64,000 nucleotides of DNA from an uncultured Pseudohongiella sp. (GTDB lineage: Bacteria; Pseudomonadota; Gammaproteobacteria; Pseudomonadales; Pseudohongiellaceae): contig OZ244788.1 of the NCBI GenBank assembly GCA_965219645.1, positions 723,341-787,340 on the forward strand. Reading direction: 5' to 3'. Below, piece by piece: positions 1 to 7,836 of the stretch. The number at the start of each line of letters is the position of its first letter. Positions within the stretch are counted from its first letter, which is position 1. The position numbers and the translations under genes were made by a program. Under the pieces are notes generated by a model. It had not been told where the DNA came from and did no database searches. It saw only the letters and a list, made by a program, of their open reading frames with translations.

Positions 1-1
1 C

Positions 2-541
2 CCGAAACGTCAAGCCATGCTGAGAACGACATTGAACGGATTCGGCGTGCAATCGAACGGCAAGGCGCTTGAAGTCAAGGCGTCGTTGGAAAACTTTCCG
101 CTTCGAAAACACAATCTTGTGCAAGCGATGTTGGCGGTCAACGATCTCTTCTATTTGGCTTCACCTACCATTGCAAGTTTGTTTCACGAGGATGTGACGG
201 CCTGGCTTGATCTGTCGGAGATCCGCTACACGCCCAGTGTCAAGTTCACGGGCAAAAGCGGCTATGACCATCGTTTCGATTTCGTCATCCCAAAGTCGAG
301 TCAGCAACCCGAGCGCATAATCCGCGCCATTAATCGGCCCAACCGGGAAACAGCCCAGGCAATGGCGTTTTCATGGATCGATACAAAGGAGGTACGTTCG
401 CCCGATGCTCACACTTACGCGATATTGAACGATTCGGAGCAATCCGCTTCCGAGAGCGTGCTGGATGCGATGCGAAGTTATGAAGTAGATCCGATTCCGT
501 GGTCGGGTCGCGATGAAATGCGAGAAGTATTGGCTGCATGA
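2..541 (+). CDS. DUF1829-like protein, probably 5'-truncated by the window edge (accessory gene often embedded in type I R-M loci)
   Basis: The frame is open from base 2 (first ATG at 17). The segment [24 protein letters not shown]...[28 protein letters not shown] resembles DUF1829 proteins as I remember them. It lies directly upstream of hsdR. Not database-checked. Confidence 0.6.
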   Translation, partial: PKRQAMLRTTLNGFGVQSNGKALEVKASLENFPLRKHNLVQAMLAVNDLFYLASPTIASLFHEDVTAWLDLSEIRYTPSVKFTGKSGYDHRFDFVIPKSSQQPERIIRAINRPNRETAQAMAFSWIDTKEVRSPDAHTYAILNDSEQSASESVLDAMRSYEVDPIPWSGRDEMREVLAA

Positions 542-611
542 CCGAGAGACGTCATTCGCGAAAAAGCTGATCCCAAAACAACAGTCAACAAGTAGCAACA
601 AGACAAACAGA

Positions 612-3600
612 ATGAGCAAATTGCACGAAGCTGACGTGGAAGAAGCCGTGCTGGACTGGTTGTCTGGGCTCGGTTACGCCGTGATGCACGGTCCGGACAT
701 CTCTCCGGAAGGTCCAGCACCGGAGCGCATCAGTTACGACCAGGTGTTGCTGACCTCGCGCCTGCGCGAAGCTCTTAAACGCCTGAATCCAAACCTTCCC
801 CCTGAAACGCTGGAGGAAGTCCTGCGCAAGGTTCAGCAAACCGAAACCCCCTCGCTCATTGAAGAGAATCGACGCCTGCATCGCTATCTGATCGAGGGTG
901 TGCCGGTCGAGGTCGCTCGCGAGGACGGGAGCATCGGAGGTGATGTTGCCCGGCTGATCGATTTCGAAAACGTAGATGCCAACGACTGGCTGGCTGTGAA
1001 CCAATACACGGTGGTCGAACACAGCCACAACAGACGCCCCGACGTCGTGCTGTTCGTAAACGGACTACCCTTGGCCGTGCTTGAGTTGAAGAACCCCGGC
1101 GACGAAAACGCGACCCTCGAAGGCGCCTTCAACCAACTTCAGACCTACAAGGACCAGATTCCGTCCCTGTTTCGCACGAACGCCGCGCTCGTGACCTCGG
1201 ACGGAATCCAGGCGCGCCTCGGCTCGCTAACCGCCGATATCGAACGCTTCATGCCGTGGCGCACCGTGGATGGTTCAGTGAACGCGCCAAAGGGTACTCC
1301 GGAACTCGAAACGTTAATCGAGGGCGTGTTTGAAAAGTCCCGATTTCTTACCTTGATCCGCGACTTCACGGTGTTTGCGGACACTGGCTCGGGCATCGTC
1401 AAGATTGTGGCCGGCTATCACCAGTTCCACGCCGTACATCACGCGGTCGAAAGTACGGTTACCGCCACGAGTCAGCACGGCGACCGCCGTATCGGCGTCA
1501 TCTGGCACACGCAGGGCTCCGGCAAGAGCTTGCTCATGGCTTTCTATGCCGGGCAGATCATTGCCCATGCGGCCATGGAGAATCCAACCATCGTTGTCAT
1601 CACCGACCGTAATGACCTTGATGACCAGCTATTCGGTACCTTCAGCATGTGCCGCGACCTGCTTCGTCAAACCCCGATTCAGGCTGACGACAGAGACGAT
1701 TTGCGGAAAGTTCTGACCCGCCCCTCCGGGGGCGTCGTGTTCACGACTATCCAGAAGTTTAAGCCCGAAAACAGCGAGACCGAGTATCCGGCCCTGACCG
1801 ACCGCCGAAACGTCGTCGTGATCGCCGATGAGGCGCATCGCAGCCAGTACGGATTTCGGGCCAAGGTAAAGCGCAAGACCGGCGAGATATCCTATGGGTT
1901 CGCCAAGTATCTCCGCGACGCGCTCCCGAACGCCTCGTTCATCGGCTTTACCGGAACGCCGATCGAGAAGGACGATGTAAACACGCCCGCGGTGTTCGGC
2001 AATTACATCGATGTTTACGACATCAGCAGGGGCGTCGAGGACGGCGCTACCGTCCCGATCTATTACGAGAGCCGCGTAGCCCGCATTGAACTCGATGAGA
2101 CTGAGAAGCCGAAGCTCGACGAAGAAGTGGCTGCGTTGACCGAAGACGAAGCCGAGGGCGAACAGGAACGGCTGAAGCGAAAATGGTCCAACGTCGAGGC
2201 CGTGGTCGGCGCCGGAAAGCGCCTGGCCCTGGTTGCCGGCGACCTCGTAGACCACTTCGAAAATCGCGTCATCGGCATGGACGGCAAGGCCATGATCGTC
2301 TGCATGAGCCGCCGGATCTGCGTCGCGCTCTACGACGAGATCGTCAAGCTGCGTCCGAAGTGGCACAGCGGTGACGACGAGAGCGGAGACATCAAGATCG
2401 TCATGACCGGCGCCGCCTCGGACCCAAAGGAATGGCAGCAGCACATCGGCGGCAAGGCGCGCCGGGAATTGCTTGCCAAGCGGGCCAAAGACCCTGACGA
2501 CTCGCTCAAGCTGGTAATCGTCCGGGATATGTGGCTGACAGGCTTCGACGTGCCGAGCATGCACACGATGTACATTGACAAGCCCATGCGGGGGCACGGG
2601 CTCATGCAGGCGATCGCGCGAGTGAACCGCGTTTTCCGCGATAAGCCTGCCGGACTGGTCGTTGATTACATCGGCATTGCCCAGAATCTGAAGTCAGCGC
2701 TCAGCCAGTATTCGGGCGAGGACCGGCAGCACGCCGGTATCGACGAATCCGAAGCAGTCGCCGTGATGCTGGAGAAGTACGAGATCGTAAGCGGCATGTT
2801 CCACGGTTTCGACTACCAGGCCGGGCTCACAGGCACTCCGCAACAACGGCTTGTTGCCCTTGCCCACGCGATCGAGTGGATTCTAGAAATGCAACAGCGT
2901 GAGTCGGCCAAAGAGGCGACCGAGGAAGGCAAGAAGAAAGCGCATCGCCGATACAACGATGCCGTGCTGGCCCTTACCAAGGCGTTCGCCCTCGCGGCCG
3001 CGAGCGACGAGGCGCGGAGCATCCGCGATGAGGTCAGTTTCTTCCAAACCGTCCGGTCGGCGCTCGCCAAGAGCACAGCCGGCAGTGGGCAATCTTCCGC
3101 CCAACGGGATCTGGCCGTACAGCAGATAATCAGCCGCGCCGTAGTTTCGACGGACATCATCGATATTCTCGAAGCTGCGGGGTTGGAATCGCCGGACATC
3201 TCCATCCTTTCCGACGAATTCCTTGACGAAGTTCAGGGAATGGAGAAAAAGAATCTCGCCCTGGAAGCGCTACGCAAGCTCATCAACGGCGAGATTCGCT
3301 CGCAAAGCCGCGTCAACGTTGTGGAGACCCGAAAGTTCTCTGATCGGGTCGAAGAGGCAATCGCCCGCTACCATACCAATGCGATTACTACAGCAGAGGT
3401 CATTCAGCGTCTGATCGAACTTGCAAAGGACATCCGCGACGCGCACAAACGCAGCGAGGAGGAAGGGCTGACCCAGGAGGAAATCGCCTTCTACGACGCC
3501 TTGGCCCAGAACGAATGCGCGGTAGAGGTGATGGGAAACAAGCACCTCCGCGTCATCGCCCATGAGCTATTGAGCAGCCTGAAGAACAAGGCTTCCGTCG

Positions 3601-3752
3601 ATTGGCAGCACCGCGAATCGGCACGGGCGCGAATGCGGGTTCTGGTCAAACGCATACTCCGCAAACACGGCTACCCGCCCGACCTTCAAGACGCCGCCGT
3701 ACAAACCGTCTTACAGCAGGCCGAGGCACTCTCAGCAAGATGGGCCGCATAA
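612..3752 (+). CDS. hsdR: Type I restriction enzyme R subunit (HsdR), 1046 aa
   Basis: The ORF is 513-3752. I prefer the ATG at 612 ([17 protein letters not shown], a typical HsdR N-terminus). Helicase motif I is HTQGSGKS and the DEAH box is [10 protein letters not shown]. Size and C-terminal helical domain are typical of the family. Confidence 0.9.
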   Translation: MSKLHEADVEEAVLDWLSGLGYAVMHGPDISPEGPAPERISYDQVLLTSRLREALKRLNPNLPPETLEEVLRKVQQTETPSLIEENRRLHRYLIEGVPVEVAREDGSIGGDVARLIDFENVDANDWLAVNQYTVVEHSHNRRPDVVLFVNGLPLAVLELKNPGDENATLEGAFNQLQTYKDQIPSLFRTNAALVTSDGIQARLGSLTADIERFMPWRTVDGSVNAPKGTPELETLIEGVFEKSRFLTLIRDFTVFADTGSGIVKIVAGYHQFHAVHHAVESTVTATSQHGDRRIGVIWHTQGSGKSLLMAFYAGQIIAHAAMENPTIVVITDRNDLDDQLFGTFSMCRDLLRQTPIQADDRDDLRKVLTRPSGGVVFTTIQKFKPENSETEYPALTDRRNVVVIADEAHRSQYGFRAKVKRKTGEISYGFAKYLRDALPNASFIGFTGTPIEKDDVNTPAVFGNYIDVYDISRGVEDGATVPIYYESRVARIELDETEKPKLDEEVAALTEDEAEGEQERLKRKWSNVEAVVGAGKRLALVAGDLVDHFENRVIGMDGKAMIVCMSRRICVALYDEIVKLRPKWHSGDDESGDIKIVMTGAASDPKEWQQHIGGKARRELLAKRAKDPDDSLKLVIVRDMWLTGFDVPSMHTMYIDKPMRGHGLMQAIARVNRVFRDKPAGLVVDYIGIAQNLKSALSQYSGEDRQHAGIDESEAVAVMLEKYEIVSGMFHGFDYQAGLTGTPQQRLVALAHAIEWILEMQQRESAKEATEEGKKKAHRRYNDAVLALTKAFALAAASDEARSIRDEVSFFQTVRSALAKSTAGSGQSSAQRDLAVQQIISRAVVSTDIIDILEAAGLESPDISILSDEFLDEVQGMEKKNLALEALRKLINGEIRSQSRVNVVETRKFSDRVEEAIARYHTNAITTAEVIQRLIELAKDIRDAHKRSEEEGLTQEEIAFYDALAQNECAVEVMGNKHLRVIAHELLSSLKNKASVDWQHRESARARMRVLVKRILRKHGYPPDLQDAAVQTVLQQAEALSARWAA

Positions 3753-3753
3753 C
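3713..3753 (+). repeat. Left copy of a degenerate direct repeat (authentic hsdR 3' end, [14 protein letters not shown])
   Basis: 33/41 nt are identical, ungapped, to 6093-6133 (27/33 over the last 33 nt) by hand alignment. Confidence 0.75.
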
Positions 3754-3810
3754 TTTGTCGGAGTAGTTGTTGTGATGCTTTATACATTCGATGGTCCGCC
3801 TTGCGATCCG

Positions 3811-3819
3811 TGCTATTAT
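3811..3819 (+). promoter_or_regulatory. Possible extended -10 promoter TGCTATTAT for the AT-rich two-gene operon
   Basis: TGCTATTAT matches TGnTATAAT at 8/9 positions. It lies 29 nt upstream of the ATG at 3848. An AGGAGG RBS sits at 3833-3838. No good -35 element was found. Confidence 0.3.
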
Positions 3820-3847
3820 TGAAACGTCCACTAGGAGGTAAGCATAA

Positions 3848-4729
3848 ATGTCTATCCAAGGTATATTCAGTTCGCGATCACAGCAGCGAAAGTTTCTTCA
3901 ATGCTCTATTGTTATCATCCTTATGATCTTGGTTTTACTCTGCTTAATTCAGAATTTTTCTTCCGACGCATGGGGTTGGAATCTTTTGAAGGACGTGTTG
4001 ATCGCTCTGCTCGCGAGCATAATCTTTGTAATTGTCGGCACTCTATACGTGAAGTACTTTTTTAAGGATCCTCACGAAATTGCTTTTGCAAGCCGCCTCC
4101 TTCCTGAAGATATAGACTCGGAACTAACCAAAATAGCGAAATCCGCTACAGAATACAGACTATTCGTAAGAACTGGCAGGCACTTTCGGGCTAAAATTCT
4201 TGATTTAGTAAAGGATAACGCAATTTCCAATCGCCGACTTATCAAAATTGAAGCCATACTCCTTGATTTTCGGGATTGTGATACTTGTGAACAATATGCT
4301 TCGTACAGAAGATCATCATCCTTTGATCGTTATCTTTGGAGCAAAGAATATGTGCAAAAGCAGATATTGGCTACTATTCAAAAAATGATTCAGGTGGTTA
4401 GCGACCACTCAGAATTTGTCCAAATTGACCTCTACCTCAATAGCCGCCTTTCAACTTTTCGTTACGATGTATCGCAAGACTACATAATAGTGACCCGGGA
4501 GGATCCTAAAGACGTTGCCTTTCGATTTCGAAATTCGGATAAAGAATACGCGGCATACTCGTTTGAGTTCCGGCAGGTTCTGAAGGATGCCTGCAAATTT
4601 GAAATAGGAGATGTGAAGAATTCACCAAGAGATAAGTTGAGAGAGTTATTTGGTGAGAGTCCGATAGTTTCCGATTTGGAAGAAGATGCGAATATAGCTA
4701 CTAGGGAGCGTTCTCCTTATGTCCGCTAA
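3848..4729 (+). CDS. Hypothetical membrane protein, 293 aa: two N-terminal TM helices plus a ~220-aa soluble domain of unknown family
   Basis: AGGAGG lies 9 nt upstream of the ATG. Hydrophobic segments are CSIVIILMILVLLCLIQNF and VLIALLASIIFVIVGTLYVKYFF. The rest is hydrophilic with no motif I recognise. The region is very AT-rich compared with its flanks. Confidence 0.8.
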   Translation: MSIQGIFSSRSQQRKFLQCSIVIILMILVLLCLIQNFSSDAWGWNLLKDVLIALLASIIFVIVGTLYVKYFFKDPHEIAFASRLLPEDIDSELTKIAKSATEYRLFVRTGRHFRAKILDLVKDNAISNRRLIKIEAILLDFRDCDTCEQYASYRRSSSFDRYLWSKEYVQKQILATIQKMIQVVSDHSEFVQIDLYLNSRLSTFRYDVSQDYIIVTREDPKDVAFRFRNSDKEYAAYSFEFRQVLKDACKFEIGDVKNSPRDKLRELFGESPIVSDLEEDANIATRERSPYVR

Positions 4730-5354
4730 CTTATATCTTCCCCTGAGCCTCAAGCACCTCCGGGAGTTTTCACCAGCTTGCTTACTTGAACAAGTTAAAG
4801 GATGGATGAAGACTTCAAACACTGAGTGTTTCTTGCACCCTCTTGGATTCTGGACAGTTTTGCTTAGTAGGTCTAGAACTGAAGAGTGGCGATTTCATTA
4901 TTGGCCAAAGGGGTCTAGGACAATAACCGGAATGCCAGCAACTATTCACACCCACGACAAGGTAATTGAAAGCAAGGTTGTGCTTGGAGAATTAAGAAAT
5001 ATCGAGTATCAAATTGAGAAAGTGGGTACATTAGGTCGACCAATTTATCAAGTCGCTTACCATGGAGACAAATTCTCTCAAAAGACTAAAAATATTTTGA
5101 GAAATGATGGAGAGCGCGCAGCTGCTACTGTACTTTCAGAAAAAATAGTGCGTTACGGAGAAAGATATCGTGTTAAGGCCCACACCTATCATGAAGTGGT
5201 TGTATCTGAGGATATGGAGACAGCGACTATATGTAATATGAATTCGCATGTCCCAGGGCCTATAAACGTTCTCGGCTGCAACTCTTATGAGAACGAGATT
5301 TTGATTCAACGGATTTGCCGTCCAATTGATGAACTGATCGAATTGATTTCATAG
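4719..5354 (+). CDS. Hypothetical protein with cupin motif-1 signature, 211 aa
   Basis: The ATG overlaps the upstream gene by 11 nt, with GGGAG 11 nt upstream. GMPATIHTHDKVIESKVVLGE fits G-x5-H-x-H-x4-E-x5-G (cupin motif 1 is G-x5-HxH-x3,4-E-x6-G). Further His residues occur at HTYHEV about 75 residues later. Confidence 0.75.
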   Translation: MSANLYLPLSLKHLREFSPACLLEQVKGWMKTSNTECFLHPLGFWTVLLSRSRTEEWRFHYWPKGSRTITGMPATIHTHDKVIESKVVLGELRNIEYQIEKVGTLGRPIYQVAYHGDKFSQKTKNILRNDGERAAATVLSEKIVRYGERYRVKAHTYHEVVVSEDMETATICNMNSHVPGPINVLGCNSYENEILIQRICRPIDELIELIS

Positions 5355-5472
5355 CGCTAGTATCAATGACCGCTGAACAGTGAATGAAATCTATCGTCAA
5401 GGTGGAACATTCAATACGATTTATGGTCGATGTGAGTATGGCGGGTATCCCCTGGAATTCAGGATTTTTCAT

Positions 5473-5763
5473 TCAATAACCCAGAATCCCTTTGAGATTT
5501 CTTGCTCCATGGAGAATGCGAACTATCAGTAAATCGTTGCCAACTGGCTTGGAAAAGATCAAGTATCTTCCATGCACACATACCCTCATCCCGCGTCCAA
5601 GTTCTGAGCGGGGCGGGTAGGCATCGGGATTGTCCAGCAACTTCATACAGTTGCCCTGCAATTCTGCCACGAAGCTCGCGGCTCGCAAGGGATCGTCCCG
5701 AGCGATAAAGTCGCCAATCTCTTCCAGGTCTTCCGCCGCTTTTCGGGAAAACCTCAATTTCAT
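5473..5763 (-). CDS. parE: ParE/RelE-family type II toxin, 96 aa
   Basis: MKLRFSRKAAEDLEEIGDFIARD...LIVRILHGARN is the typical ParE pattern. The start overlaps the parD stop by 4 nt. Confidence 0.85.
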   Translation of the reverse strand: MKLRFSRKAAEDLEEIGDFIARDDPLRAASFVAELQGNCMKLLDNPDAYPPRSELGRGMRVCVHGRYLIFSKPVGNDLLIVRILHGARNLKGILGY

Positions 5764-6026
5764 CCGGAGGCAGACCGTTTCTGACTATCGTATTTGCGCT
5801 TAAGGCGATTGAATACTTCTTCCGCCGGATAGGATTCGTCCGGAGTCAGACCTTTGTCCAACTCCTTGCGGAGCGCTTCGAGCGTGGCTTCGCGTTCCTC
5901 CATTCGGTCCTTCAACAATCTCAAGGCATCGCGGACGACCTCACTGGCGGTAGCGTATCGTCCAGCCTCGACTTGTTGGCGAATAAAGGATTCGAAGTGT
6001 TTTCCGATGGCGTAACTGGATGGCAT
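5760..6026 (-). CDS. parD: ParD-family (COG3609-like) antitoxin, 88 aa
   Basis: MPSSYAIGKHFESFIRQQVEAGRYATASEVVRDALRLL is the typical ParD ribbon-helix-helix N-terminus. The ATG at 6026 has GAGGA 8-9 nt upstream. The ORF-track start at 6041 is a GTG. Confidence 0.85.
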   Translation of the reverse strand: MPSSYAIGKHFESFIRQQVEAGRYATASEVVRDALRLLKDRMEEREATLEALRKELDKGLTPDESYPAEEVFNRLKRKYDSQKRSASG

Positions 6027-6081
6027 GTTCGCATTCCTCACTCAACTGCTAAATATTATCAAATAATGATACGGTGAGTAA

Positions 6082-6132
6082 GGCTATTTGCCACAACAGT
6101 CCGAGGCTCGCTCGGCGATATGGGCCGCATGA
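6082..6132 (+). pseudogene. Relic of an hsdR 3' end (GYLPQQSEARSAIWAA*), right copy of the direct repeat
   Basis: It is preceded by an in-frame TAA at 6079. It aligns codon for codon with Hsd[16 protein letters not shown]: QQ, EA, SA and WAA plus the stop are conserved. Several mismatches are silent third-position changes, for example tca/tcg and gca/gcg. Confidence 0.65.
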
Positions 6133-6206
6133 CCTGATTCTCCCTGCATCCCCCTTCACATAGTCCCCCCCGTCTGCTTAGATTGAACCCCCACAGGAGG
6201 ATCGAG

Positions 6207-7550
6207 ATGAATATTCGCAGTATCGCCATCACCGGGCTCTTGCCGGTGCTGTTCCAGGCGGCGCCGGCCGTTGCGGCCGAGCGGGACTTTCACGATATCG
6301 CGGCGGCGGTTTCCGCCGAGCGCATCGAGCGGGACATTCGGACGCTGGTCGGTTTCGGAACGCGCCATACCTTGTCGGAGACGGCCTCCGACACCCGCGG
6401 CATCGGCGCGGCGCGCCGCTGGCTCGAGGCCGAGTTCAATCGGATTTCAGACGCCTGCGGCGGATGTCTGGAAGTGTTTACCGTCAGCGGCGTCGTTTCC
6501 GGCGAGAACCGCATTCCCGACCCCGTGGAAGTGGTCAATGTCATTGCCATGTTGCGGGGCGAGAGCGAGCCGAACCGGATGATGATGATGTCCGCCCATC
6601 TGGATTCCAGGGTCAGCGACCCGATGAATTTCGAGTCCGACTCTCCGGGCGCGAACGACGACGCCTCGGGCGTGGCCGGCGCCATAGAGGCGGCGCGGGT
6701 GCTGAGCCAGTATCGATTCCCTGCCACCATTGCCCTGGCTGTTCTTTCCGGCGAGGAACAGGGCTTGCACGGCGCCCGGATTCTCGCGCAGCACGCCATC
6801 GACAGCGGCTGGAATCTCGACGCCGTGCTCAACAACGACATGATCGGCAATATCACCGGCATCAATGGCGTCATCGACAACACCACCGCCCGGGTTTTTT
6901 CCGAAGGCACGCGCTATCTGGAAACCGAAGGGGAAGCGAACCAGCGTCGTGCGCAGGGCGGCGAGGTCGATTCGCCTTCGCGCAACGTCGCCCGCTACGT
7001 CGACGAAATGGCGGACCGCTACATCCCCAATCTCGACACCATGATGATCTACCGGATTGACCGCTTCGGTCGCGGCGGCGATCACCGGCGCTTCAACGAG
7101 GCAGGTTTCCCCGCGGTGCGGATAATGGAGACCAACGAAAACTACAACTACCAGCATCAGGACATTCGCGTCGAAGACGGCATCGCCTACGGCGACGTGA
7201 TCGAGCACGTGAACTTCGAATACGCCGCCAAGCTCACCGGGCTGAACGCGGTCACGCTGGCCGCAATGGCCTGGGCGCCCGCGCCGCCGGCCGGTGTCAC
7301 CATCGAAGGCGCCGTTCGCCCGAGCACCACCCTGAATTGGGAGAAAGTGCCCGGGGCCGCCGGCTACCGGGTGCACTGGCGGCTGACGACTTCACCGACC
7401 TGGGACTTCCAGCGTGACGTCGGCGACGTCGACAGTTTCACGCTCAAGAATATCGTCATCGACAATTACTTCTTCGGGGTTTCAAGCCTCTCTGACGAGG
7501 GTATCCAGAGCCCCGTGGTTTTTCCCGGCCCATCCGGTTCGTTCGACTGA
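6207..7550 (+). CDS. Secreted M28-family aminopeptidase with C-terminal fibronectin-III-like domain
   Basis: AGGAGG RBS precedes the ATG at 6207. Signal peptide is MNIRSIAITGLLPVLFQAAPAVAA. M28-style metal-ligand blocks are SAHLDS, GANDDASGVAG and SGEEQGLHG. The C-terminal segment GYRVHW...FFGVSS is FN3-like. Confidence 0.8.
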   Translation: MNIRSIAITGLLPVLFQAAPAVAAERDFHDIAAAVSAERIERDIRTLVGFGTRHTLSETASDTRGIGAARRWLEAEFNRISDACGGCLEVFTVSGVVSGENRIPDPVEVVNVIAMLRGESEPNRMMMMSAHLDSRVSDPMNFESDSPGANDDASGVAGAIEAARVLSQYRFPATIALAVLSGEEQGLHGARILAQHAIDSGWNLDAVLNNDMIGNITGINGVIDNTTARVFSEGTRYLETEGEANQRRAQGGEVDSPSRNVARYVDEMADRYIPNLDTMMIYRIDRFGRGGDHRRFNEAGFPAVRIMETNENYNYQHQDIRVEDGIAYGDVIEHVNFEYAAKLTGLNAVTLAAMAWAPAPPAGVTIEGAVRPSTTLNWEKVPGAAGYRVHWRLTTSPTWDFQRDVGDVDSFTLKNIVIDNYFFGVSSLSDEGIQSPVVFPGPSGSFD

Positions 7551-7572
7551 TTCCGATTTCTCCCTATCGCAA

Positions 7573-7733
7573 GCAAAACAAAACCACGCTTTTGTTTTGC
7601 GATAATGAAAAATTCCAGGGGTGGAGGCAAGCGTTTTCGAAGCGCAGCTTCGTGCGCAGCCGGAACGGCGCAGAGCCATGCTCTGCGACTGGACGGGAAT
7701 TTTTCAGAGAATTCCTGTGGCGTAGGCTCCTAG
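7573..7733 (+). repeat. Composite intergenic repeat: hairpin-hairpin module with a 73-nt insert, fused to a solo TIR of the CTAG MITE
   Basis: GCAAAACAAAACCACGCTTTTGTTTTGCGATAATGAAAAA is shared with 52084-52127 and 57361-57404. The insert at 7621-7693 is homologous to 57268-57340. GAATTCCTGTGGCGTAGGCTCCTAG (7709-7733) matches the MITE right TIR. Confidence 0.8.
7598..7606 (+). promoter_or_regulatory. Extended -10-like box TGCGATAAT inside the repeat, oriented toward ctaB
   Basis: 8/9 match to TGnTATAAT. The same box occurs at 52109-52117 and 57386-57394. Confidence 0.3.
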
Positions 7734-7836
7734 TGAGCGGCAGCTTGAGATTCAGGCCGAAAAATGCTTGAATGCACAGCCATTCGGCGACGTCTCATTT
7801 CACCTCCCTCGCCGCTCTGCGACTGGCCAGCAATCG

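Noticed and set aside
513-611. N-terminal extension of hsdR (ORF-track start at 513)
   Set aside because: It overlaps the end of the upstream gene. The sequence from the ATG at 612 ([11 protein letters not shown]) matches the usual HsdR N-terminus.
3755-3806. Sigma-70 -35/-10 pairs upstream of the operon (TTGTCG, TTGTTG, TTGCGA with TATACA/TATTAT)
   Set aside because: The spacings I counted (7, 8 and 20 nt) are incompatible with a standard promoter. Only the extended -10 candidate at 3811-3819 was kept, at low confidence.
3848-5354. Assignment of the two-gene operon to a named system (Kiwa KwaAB, CBASS 2TM effector, Zorya, Abi families)
   Set aside because: Sizes and architectures do not fit. 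KwaA has about four TM segments with a DUF4868 partner, no cyclase or nucleotide-sensor gene is present, and no motif matches that I can see. It is therefore left as uncharacterised.
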